Below, piece by piece: positions 55,867 through 64,000 of a DNA stretch of 64,000 bases. This DNA comes from a virus (taxonomy: Duplodnaviria; Caudoviricetes). The stretch's first letter is position 1. The number at the start of each line of letters is the position of its first letter. Under the pieces are notes generated by a model that worked only from the letters and a program-made list of their open reading frames with translations, was not told the origin of the DNA and ran no database searches. The position numbers and the translations under genes are program-made. Where the stretch lies: IMG/VR virus record IMGVR_UViG_3300037504_000149, one strand, 5' to 3'.

Positions 55867-56082
55867 TTATCCTTCTGTTACAGTGTACATGGTTTGTTCA
55901 TCAAATATTAAATCATCTAGCGTAAGTGTGTAATCCCAATCAAGATTATCATTCAAATATTGTAGAATATTTTCTTGGGTTCCTTCAAATATGCCCATTC
56001 TTAAAGCTCCTAAAGAATCTCCCTGTTCATCTTTCTTAGTCCATACTACATAAACATTTGTTTCTTTGACAACTAAGTCCAT
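55867..56082 (-). CDS. small tail-associated hypothetical protein
   Basis: AAGGAG RBS, follows the tail-fibre gene. Confidence 0.6.
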   Translation of the reverse strand: MDLVVKETNVYVVWTKKDEQGDSLGALRMGIFEGTQENILQYLNDNLDWDYTLTLDDLIFDEQTMYTVTEG

Positions 56083-56093
56083 ATTTACTCCTT

Positions 56094-58715
56094 TTAAGGT
56101 GTTCTAGCGTCATCCCAGCTATCAGTATCAAGATTAAAGAATCCACCAGTAATTCCATTAGAACCAAAACCTCCAGTACCAATATCACTAAAGGTTGATT
56201 CATCATACTCCCCGCCGCTTAAATAGATTCTAGAGCTAATATTGTTTGTCTTACAATCATTTGTACCACAATTTAATACAGTACAACCATTAGCTCTAAT
56301 AATCGAAGAACCACCGTCCGTAAGTAAGCCGTTTGTATCAGCACCATCTACTTCACAATTGTACAAGCGTAATTCAGCCCCATTGCTAGAACAACGGAAC
56401 GCATACGTCATACCGCCCTTACATATTACATTAAATAGCTTCCACTTGTCACAACCGTTATTCCAAACACCATACTCAGTTACATTATCGGTGGATTCTA
56501 CAATCTTTAGATCTCTGAAACAAACACCAGAATCTGTAAGACTAGTACATTTTATTGCCCCCTGGCAGTCGTCAAAGTGTAAAGCATAGCCACAAACGTT
56601 GGACCAAGTGCTGTTAGAACCAGTAATTCCCCAGTTATAATCTTCCATGTAAATATTTTGTAAAATTAAATTACTTACATCGCCTATATCAAATGCTTTA
56701 TCATTATAGGTTGTATAATTTCCCTTCAGAGTTAAATTGGAGATCGCAGAGTCTGATGCAGGATTGAATGTATCCATTGCGGCACCTGCGGTATTATCAA
56801 TTATGCAAGTATTTCTATTAAATCCCATTATATCTACATATTGCTGACCCGCTATTGCTGTATCTACCTCATAAGTTCCTGGTAAAACCCAAACTACCAT
56901 TCTGTTGTCAGCGGCGGGAGTGTTACCAGACGCAGCAGTTAAAGCGGCAGCAATAGTGGTATAATCTCCATAACCATTTGGACTAACAACATAAACATTA
57001 TCATCTCCGTAAATGGAAGACAACGATAAATAGTCCATCGCGTCGTCAGTTTTTACAAGTATTCTATCATTATCAGCAGCACTAAAACCCTTCACTTCTA
57101 ACTTACTAGTAGCCGCGTTTTCTGCTATTGATGCATCATCATCATCTACCTCTAATGATCCATCTACGTTTTGTGCGAGCATATCGCCCGCCACATCAGC
57201 GGCTATTTTATCTTTGTCTACCGAGTCATCAGCTAATTGGGTAGTATCTATACCACCATCAGGCACATACAATTCATCAGAACCATTAATACCTACGGTA
57301 GTACCATCTGTTCGTATATTATCTGTTCCATCTGTATGACTAGCAGCGTGGGCACCAGGAGTTAGACCAGAATGGGTATGTAATGATGTATCTGATCCAT
57401 CAGTTAACTCTTCTAACTCTAAAGCAGTAACATCAGTATCTCCATCGTTACCACTTATTACTGAATAATCAACATCATTACCTATTTTAGCTGCTGTTAT
57501 ACCGTTATCCTTAACTACTATTTCATTAGATATATTTTGGCCTATTGTAGTATTATCAAAATTAACGCCTATCCTTAGATCTTCATCTCCGCCATCATTA
57601 ACTTCAGTTAAGTCAATAGTACCGTTAGATGTTATTTTGGCGTCTAAATACCCAGAATCTGTATCATTGGAACTTACTTTAACTTTCTCGTCGTCACCAC
57701 CAGGATTAGGAAGATATGTCATTTCTTCATCATCTGTATCATAAAACAATCCAGTAACAGTACCACCTCCACTAGTATCTATAGCAGATTCATCTAAATA
57801 ACCACCTGTAATTACAATAACAGAATCTGAATTAGCTGCTTTTAACGGTTTAGTGCTAGTACAATATAAATCATTTACTTGAAGCGGTGGATTAGCGGCC
57901 GCAGCTTCGTACCCTACACCTATGTCTCCTCCATGTATTTTAGTATCCCCTATATATCCTGTATCTTGACAATATATACCAGTACTATAATTATTAATAT
58001 AACACGAATTAATTTTCAACTCAGTATACGATCCACCTGCAATTGCTTTACTGGTACCAGATGCTGTATTATAAAATAAACAGCAGTTTATCCAACTTCT
58101 ATTACCTAGTCTATTTTTCCAGTAAATACCATACTCATTACAATCAATAAATTGGCAACCATAAAATACCGATTCAGTTATATCAGTATTTTGACTTTCC
58201 CAACCTCTATATAAATTCTCAAAAGTTACATTATAGAATAAATTATCTAAGCAACCACCAGCTAATGATACTTCTGTCGCTGCGATACCTTCCCCAGAAG
58301 CATTGCCATACATACTCAAATTATTTAACTTTAATCTACCACTAATTTTTTCTAACATAGTGATATTTGATGATGCAATATTAACAAATGTTGATAAATC
58401 TGGACCAAACCCTATAATTGACAAATTATATTCCATTAATTGTATTTTAGTCGAGATACTATGTTCTCCAGGCAATACTATAATAGTATAATTATCATTT
58501 CCAGTAGATATAAAATCACTATTTATATGTGCTACCAGTGAGGTAACGGAAGTATAAAGTCCACCTTCTCCTAAAGTGTACACTTTACTTCCAAATATGG
58601 AATTAGCTACATTATCTGAAGTATTAGTAGTACTAGTGGATGGTGTACTATTTAATATTCTTCTTTTCAAGTCTAAACTCAAATCATGCCATCTTATATA
58701 TCTACTTACACTCAT
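56094..58715 (-). CDS. tail fibre/spike with two right-handed beta-helix (pectin-lyase-like) domains
   Basis: IIVLPGEH and VWVLPGTY starts, each followed by Asn/Cys-ladder repeats; acidic linker. Confidence 0.8.
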   Translation of the reverse strand: MSVSRYIRWHDLSLDLKRRILNSTPSTSTTNTSDNVANSIFGSKVYTLGEGGLYTSVTSLVAHINSDFISTGNDNYTIIVLPGEHSISTKIQLMEYNLSIIGFGPDLSTFVNIASSNITMLEKISGRLKLNNLSMYGNASGEGIAATEVSLAGGCLDNLFYNVTFENLYRGWESQNTDITESVFYGCQFIDCNEYGIYWKNRLGNRSWINCCLFYNTASGTSKAIAGGSYTELKINSCYINNYSTGIYCQDTGYIGDTKIHGGDIGVGYEAAAANPPLQVNDLYCTSTKPLKAANSDSVIVITGGYLDESAIDTSGGGTVTGLFYDTDDEEMTYLPNPGGDDEKVKVSSNDTDSGYLDAKITSNGTIDLTEVNDGGDEDLRIGVNFDNTTIGQNISNEIVVKDNGITAAKIGNDVDYSVISGNDGDTDVTALELEELTDGSDTSLHTHSGLTPGAHAASHTDGTDNIRTDGTTVGINGSDELYVPDGGIDTTQLADDSVDKDKIAADVAGDMLAQNVDGSLEVDDDDASIAENAATSKLEVKGFSAADNDRILVKTDDAMDYLSLSSIYGDDNVYVVSPNGYGDYTTIAAALTAASGNTPAADNRMVVWVLPGTYEVDTAIAGQQYVDIMGFNRNTCIIDNTAGAAMDTFNPASDSAISNLTLKGNYTTYNDKAFDIGDVSNLILQNIYMEDYNWGITGSNSTWSNVCGYALHFDDCQGAIKCTSLTDSGVCFRDLKIVESTDNVTEYGVWNNGCDKWKLFNVICKGGMTYAFRCSSNGAELRLYNCEVDGADTNGLLTDGGSSIIRANGCTVLNCGTNDCKTNNISSRIYLSGGEYDESTFSDIGTGGFGSNGITGGFFNLDTDSWDDARTP

Positions 58716-58718
58716 AAT

Positions 58719-60683
58719 TTACCTATGATAATCACGAGCAACTTCTAAAAATCCAGTAACATTTACTCCTGTTCCAGTAGTCGCTCTAATCTGTAAAGTT
58801 ACTTTATTTCCATTTACTAAATCTTCTTCACCTATCCAGTAACTTTCTACATCATTATTTTGACATATTAATGTAATAGTTTTTACACCGTCTATATATA
58901 CGTACAACTCTATGTCATCAGAAAATTTATCTGTATTTTTCGATACACCACAATATACTCTATTAATATACCAATCTTCATCAGCTACCCAAATCCCTAA
59001 GTTCTCTTCATACACAACAGCTCCTGTAGTTGGTGCTTGATTTGCCCATATTATAGGTACTAATCTAGTGTCTTCATCTCTGCCATAAAATTTCATGGCA
59101 TCGGACATAGTAGTTACACCTAAATTGAACATCCATTCATCTATAGATGTTATACGTTCTTGTGCCGTGTATAAATCAGTTAAACTAATAGACTGCCCAC
59201 CACTTAAAGAACCTCCCATTCCACCTAGTATACTTAAGTGAGAGCTAGTTGTTGGCTGGTCATCTGTAGTATTCATTGTACCACTGCCTGACATATTCCA
59301 ACTTGCGTAAATATCAGTCGCGTTTATTGGTACAATTTTAAAGTATACGGTATTTTCAGTATATTCCCAAGGAAGTTTGAACGAAGTACCTTCTACTACT
59401 TTTTCTAAATAACGTTTGTCAGTCTCATCAGGTTGTGCCCCTTCTCTAGCGTAAATAGCATAACGTAAAGCATTAGATATAGCTGTCCATGATAAGTCAA
59501 AATATCGTTTAGCTCCTGTGACAGTTAACACAGCACCTAAAGGTTGGGTTACTCCAGTTGAACCTCCACCAAGCACGAAACTTGTTCCAGCAATCCACGA
59601 ACTACGTGATATACCAGTCCAGTTACGGTAGCAGGCGCGTGCATAAGGCGTTACTTTCATCCCAGGAGTCAAGTTTGGAATGAATATAGATGTAGCTGTA
59701 GATGTTGTATCAGAAATATTATTTCTATTTTCAGTACTATAAACTGGTATCTGAGACAAAGATTGATCTATACCTGCTACTTTTGTAACAGGAACTAGTT
59801 TAAATTCGTAAAAATGCGGTGTAACACCAGAGCTAGGCGCTGTTAATGATAATTCTGCATAAGCCCTAGTATTATGTTCGCTGGAATGTATATTGATACC
59901 ATTATACTTCAAGTCATAGTCCATACCAGTAGAAGATGTAACATTAGTTGGTGTATTTACTGTAACATTAGATGTTACGTTATCATGTCCTCCTGTAGTT
60001 AAACTACCACCATTAAACACATAATTGAATAATGTATATATCTTATCTATTACTTCTTTTAAATTCGTAGGTGTTTGTGTTATATCGTACTCATCATCAA
60101 AAGTAGCTATATTTACATCTGTAGTAGGTATGCTAGCCTCATAAGTATGAGGAGACCACTCTTGCCTACCAGTATTATTTATTGTTAGCCCACCTGTAGC
60201 CGATACAGCGGCTAAAGTTCCAAGTATTATATAACTAGTTGTAGATCCAATAGCTGATGTAGCATCAACTACTGCTGGTTCTACAGTAATAGTTCTGACA
60301 TAATTAGTGGAATCACCCGTAAACTCATTATGCCTTCCATCTGGATTAGATTCTGTTTCTGTTCTCTGAAGTACGATATACTTACCAGCATCGCTTGCAG
60401 TTATCACTTTATCTTGTTGAGACGACATATAAAGTACTTGCCCTAAACCGTTAACCCCGAAGGTAGCGGATACACGAATTGTATATGCCGCCCCTCCAGG
60501 ATTTGCCGTCACCGTACCGCCGCTACATACACCAGCAGTTGAGGTGATAGACACAAACGATCTTATAAGTTCGTTGTATTGTGCATTAAAAGCATCTATA
60601 AAATCATCAGTTTCAGCTTCACAATCGTCAAGCCTTCCCCAAATAATTCCTTCTTGGTTAGCATCTGCTGTAAAATTAGACAT
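58719..60683 (-). CDS. tail/baseplate structural protein with Fn3-like segments
   Basis: Thr/Ser/Gly-rich, LSWTAI...YAIY; position in module. Confidence 0.65.
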   Translation of the reverse strand: MSNFTADANQEGIIWGRLDDCEAETDDFIDAFNAQYNELIRSFVSITSTAGVCSGGTVTANPGGAAYTIRVSATFGVNGLGQVLYMSSQQDKVITASDAGKYIVLQRTETESNPDGRHNEFTGDSTNYVRTITVEPAVVDATSAIGSTTSYIILGTLAAVSATGGLTINNTGRQEWSPHTYEASIPTTDVNIATFDDEYDITQTPTNLKEVIDKIYTLFNYVFNGGSLTTGGHDNVTSNVTVNTPTNVTSSTGMDYDLKYNGINIHSSEHNTRAYAELSLTAPSSGVTPHFYEFKLVPVTKVAGIDQSLSQIPVYSTENRNNISDTTSTATSIFIPNLTPGMKVTPYARACYRNWTGISRSSWIAGTSFVLGGGSTGVTQPLGAVLTVTGAKRYFDLSWTAISNALRYAIYAREGAQPDETDKRYLEKVVEGTSFKLPWEYTENTVYFKIVPINATDIYASWNMSGSGTMNTTDDQPTTSSHLSILGGMGGSLSGGQSISLTDLYTAQERITSIDEWMFNLGVTTMSDAMKFYGRDEDTRLVPIIWANQAPTTGAVVYEENLGIWVADEDWYINRVYCGVSKNTDKFSDDIELYVYIDGVKTITLICQNNDVESYWIGEEDLVNGNKVTLQIRATTGTGVNVTGFLEVARDYHR

Positions 60684-60695
60684 ATTATCCTCGTT

Positions 60696-61865
60696 CTAAG
60701 CTATATATGTGTTACTTGGAAATTTTAATATACATAACGCATACGCTGGTTTTACCCACCTAAGTACTGCTTGCATTTGGTCAACTTCATCAGAAGTATA
60801 ATCATTTAAAAATTCTATTCGTATAGTAAATCTATGAGCATCACCGCTAATATACTTTGATCTTCCATAGATAAACTTATTACCTATCATTCCTGAAATT
60901 TTAGTACCGTCACAATATAATGCACCTAAAAATACATAATCTTTTCCATAGATACCAGCAGGAGTATTAGATGATGTTTTTAGAGTTAGGTATCCATCAG
61001 AATTTAATGTTCCATCAACGTATACATAAGTCCAACCTACCACTGCTGATACACTTGATGTAGTGTCAATTAGTCTACCAGTAACACCATCTCCCGCATA
61101 ACCATACCATTCATCTACTGTGAAATCTAAGGAAGGTGGATTTAATACTGATATTTTTCCAAGAGTAGCAAACCTCATATCGCTAAAATCTTTATACTTA
61201 CCTACTCTTGGTGTTTCTCCTGTTATAGCTGTTAGTGGTAATATAAGTGCATTGTACAGCCCTTTCTGTCGAGAGGCATCTACTGCGGTTTGTATAATTG
61301 TAGTATATTGTGATGCTGTTTGTGTGCTTAATTTGTTAATATCAAACAATTTACCAAACTTATTATATAATGATGTATAAGTTGGTGTATGCTCATCATT
61401 ATCACTAGCGTATAATAACCCGTTACCTAATGTATCATGTAACGCATCTATAATAATATCTGATTCATCTGCCTGAAGCCAAGCAGCTAACGGCCAGTAA
61501 GCCCCATGTACTCCTTTAGTAACTTCCTCACTACCTACCTCTACTTTTATAACGGTATTAGGTATAGTGAAATAGTCTACACTACCTACAGTTATTTTTC
61601 TACCCATCTCTTGTAAAGGTACTGCAAACTCAAATGTACCATCAGAATTGACAGTTGTAGTAGTATGTAAGCTTTCATTAACATACACTGTAACTGTAGT
61701 TCCGGCCGTTGAATCTGTTGTACCATGCCATCTTAATGCTTTATTAGCTAACAATGTAGTATTAGGACTAGTATTCCAAACAGAATCCGAATCGATCATA
61801 TGTTTGATATACTTAAATCGCCTATTATTAAGTTTTAAAGTTGTTGGTGGAGTTAAAGTTAACAT
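60696..61865 (-). CDS. baseplate wedge-like protein
   Basis: Follows baseplate J; C-terminal LRWVKPAY motif. Confidence 0.65.
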   Translation of the reverse strand: MLTLTPPTTLKLNNRRFKYIKHMIDSDSVWNTSPNTTLLANKALRWHGTTDSTAGTTVTVYVNESLHTTTTVNSDGTFEFAVPLQEMGRKITVGSVDYFTIPNTVIKVEVGSEEVTKGVHGAYWPLAAWLQADESDIIIDALHDTLGNGLLYASDNDEHTPTYTSLYNKFGKLFDINKLSTQTASQYTTIIQTAVDASRQKGLYNALILPLTAITGETPRVGKYKDFSDMRFATLGKISVLNPPSLDFTVDEWYGYAGDGVTGRLIDTTSSVSAVVGWTYVYVDGTLNSDGYLTLKTSSNTPAGIYGKDYVFLGALYCDGTKISGMIGNKFIYGRSKYISGDAHRFTIRIEFLNDYTSDEVDQMQAVLRWVKPAYALCILKFPSNTYIA

Positions 61866-63463
61866 TAGTAATAAGTTATGTTACCTAAAGAAGCATACTC
61901 AAGATTAGATATATAAATCTTGTAATCTGTTACACCCTTTAGATCTGATTGTGTAGTTGTACGTAACTCAGTGGATTCATTTTCTTGTTTTCTAAAAACT
62001 TCTAACGGTGTAGCTAAAGTATCAACACCCTCCGCACCTTCAATAGCTCCTATAATATCAGACTCATACACATCATCACCAAGTAAAGTGCCTGGATATG
62101 TATCACTACCGTAGAATACTTCGTTGAGTGCGTTTTGTATATTTTCTTTGACAGTTTCTAAAGCATAGCCACTTTTTAACGTAAGGTCTGATATACCTAT
62201 ATCTATTAATACTCTGTCAGCTTCTTTTACGTACACTTCGCCAACTGTATCATAATTAGACCCTTCATTTAACTTGTCTTGTAGCCATTCTATCTTAGAA
62301 TTTCGTGTATAAGACACATCTACGGTATCCCCGCTTGCAGGCGCAGAACCAGCTTTCCATTGTACTTTGTCTAACGCAAATACTGTTCCAGCTTTCTTAT
62401 GGCTAGTATTCGTAATTGTTACTGTTCCTGCTGGAGTTTCTGTTACTACAGGTATAGAATCTTTTACAAACTCAAAATCAACACCTTCAGTTTTAGAAAC
62501 AGGTGGGCCTCCCCCAGCAGGTGTTACGGTAATACCAGTTACCTCTTTAACAGGCTGTTTATTTAAATAAATATTACCCTGTCCGACTGATTCTATTTCT
62601 TGAGTTTCAGCGCTCTCCTCAAATAACACAACATAGATATCAACACCGCCAGGTCTAATTGATTCCGTATCACCCGGCATAATTACTTTAGCTTGCCTAC
62701 AGCCATTATCAAGCATGAAGTTCTCGTAGCCTGCTCGTGTGGGGATATAATAGCCCTTCATACGACTTTCTACCCTATTAATGAGTGATACCATGCTTTC
62801 TTTGCCAAAGCCTCCTGTGGCGGCGCTACGGTTCGTACAAGAGACATGGCCTGGAGCACCCGTACATTTAGTTAGGCGATATGCGGCAACATTACCTGTA
62901 GCTCCAGAAGTATTGCATTGAGCTGATACATCTATGTAATACCATCCAGTTTCAGAACCGTCATAAGTAGGTGTCTGGCCTGTTACTTGTGTAGTAGTGG
63001 AAAAATACAAGGAAGAGTTTCCAGTATCATAAACCTTTGTGCCGATATTAATTGTTCTAGAAGTTCCATTCTCATAATAGAATCTGATAGTTACAGTAGC
63101 GTATTTATCTTCTATACGTGTTACTCCATAATTTCTAGCCATTGCTGTTATATCATTTTTAACGTAATCCTTCATTTCTTTATAGGTGTAAATTCTTTCT
63201 GTAGAAGGATTAATTCCCATAGCGTTACGTAACTGTTCTATATAAGACGGTGACTGTATAATGTACTTCATACCTTGTATAGTTTGCATCTTATGTAGGT
63301 AATCAAGCAACACCCTAAGATGTGAAGATTCCCTAGCTATAGGGTCTACTGTAGTAATCTTTAACGGATCACCAGGTCTGTTAATAGATAATGTACTATT
63401 AACATCTTTAATACTATTTATTAACCTTCTAGCGATTGTTAGTTTTGATTCTCTTATACTCAT
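61865..63463 (-). CDS. baseplate J-like protein
   Basis: YGVTR...ATV, AQC...GATGNV, TNRSAATGG...ES, PGGVDIYV. Confidence 0.9.
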   Translation of the reverse strand: MSIRESKLTIARRLINSIKDVNSTLSINRPGDPLKITTVDPIARESSHLRVLLDYLHKMQTIQGMKYIIQSPSYIEQLRNAMGINPSTERIYTYKEMKDYVKNDITAMARNYGVTRIEDKYATVTIRFYYENGTSRTINIGTKVYDTGNSSLYFSTTTQVTGQTPTYDGSETGWYYIDVSAQCNTSGATGNVAAYRLTKCTGAPGHVSCTNRSAATGGFGKESMVSLINRVESRMKGYYIPTRAGYENFMLDNGCRQAKVIMPGDTESIRPGGVDIYVVLFEESAETQEIESVGQGNIYLNKQPVKEVTGITVTPAGGGPPVSKTEGVDFEFVKDSIPVVTETPAGTVTITNTSHKKAGTVFALDKVQWKAGSAPASGDTVDVSYTRNSKIEWLQDKLNEGSNYDTVGEVYVKEADRVLIDIGISDLTLKSGYALETVKENIQNALNEVFYGSDTYPGTLLGDDVYESDIIGAIEGAEGVDTLATPLEVFRKQENESTELRTTTQSDLKGVTDYKIYISNLEYASLGNITYY

Positions 63464-63471
63464 ATTAATTC

Positions 63472-63936
63472 CTATAACTCAAAATTAGGATAAACAGGAA
63501 GTTCCTCATTAGCTTCACTTTGGGCATGTACCTCAACAACAAACTTAGTAGGTGCGTTATCCCAATAAGCCACTCTAGTTTTTAAAGTTTTACTCTCTAT
63601 TGAAACAGTTTCATTAGGGGGAAAGCCAGCACCCTTCTGTAAAAAATGTAGATCTTCTATAGCATTTTTAACACCTATTTCTATAACTGCAATTGTTTCA
63701 AATGAATCTAACGGTAAACCTACGAGTAAAGGTAGTATACTTCCAGCATTCCCAAGTAATACACTATTAGGATTGCGCGATAAGACGAAGTTAAACTCCA
63801 AATCTTGTGCACATTTTTCTTCACTCGTAACGAAAGCAATAGTACCAGTTTCCGGATCAATAGTATAGTCGGTTGACTGGTAAGATGTCATAGGTAAACC
63901 AGTACGTAAACTGCGTAATTTTACTGTTTTAGGCAT
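63472..63936 (-). CDS. gp25/GPW-like baseplate protein
   Basis: Size and position upstream of baseplate J. Confidence 0.55.
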   Translation of the reverse strand: MPKTVKLRSLRTGLPMTSYQSTDYTIDPETGTIAFVTSEEKCAQDLEFNFVLSRNPNSVLLGNAGSILPLLVGLPLDSFETIAVIEIGVKNAIEDLHFLQKGAGFPPNETVSIESKTLKTRVAYWDNAPTKFVVEVHAQSEANEELPVYPNFEL

Positions 63937-64000
63937 TAATCTTCCTCGTCCTCATCAAACTCGCCTATACCGGTATCATAAGCGAGTTTGATGAGGACGA

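Noticed and set aside
1-64000. Stop-codon reassignment or suppressor tRNA
   Set aside because: Conserved genes are full length in code 11, TAG/TGA/TAA all terminate genes, and no CUA/UCA/UUA anticodon tRNA was seen.

Overview
AT-rich segment of a large (jumbo-like) myovirus-type bacteriophage genome. About 1-54.9 kb is an almost entirely + strand accessory and nucleic-acid-metabolism region with sigma70-like promoters. It encodes a dCMP deaminase, HD hydrolase, DNA ligase, exonucleases, ThyX, FtsK, an AAA ATPase, radical SAM, five DNA methyltransferases, RtcB, 30 intact CCA-ending tRNA genes (all amino acids except Trp) and one degenerate tRNA. About 54.9-64 kb is a convergent - strand module of lysis, tail-fibre and baseplate genes. 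The most striking locus is 36.4-39.8 kb: a Ro60/TROVE gene, a PspA/IM30 gene and a dense non-coding RNA cluster. That cluster holds a pseudoknotted RNA, four tandem Y-RNA-like modules (one a circularly permuted tRNA with Ser(GCU)-like parts, one showing an anti-Shine-Dalgarno loop) and an anti-SD minihelix ending in CCA. Other notable items are a non-autonomous IS1595-family element carrying a Type III R-M pair, a C5 methylase cassette flanked by a duplicated tRNA-Ile 3' end, five tandem Ala/Trp-repeat paralogs and several unexplained structured RNAs between tRNAs. All calls come from reading the sequence; no searches or folding programs were run.
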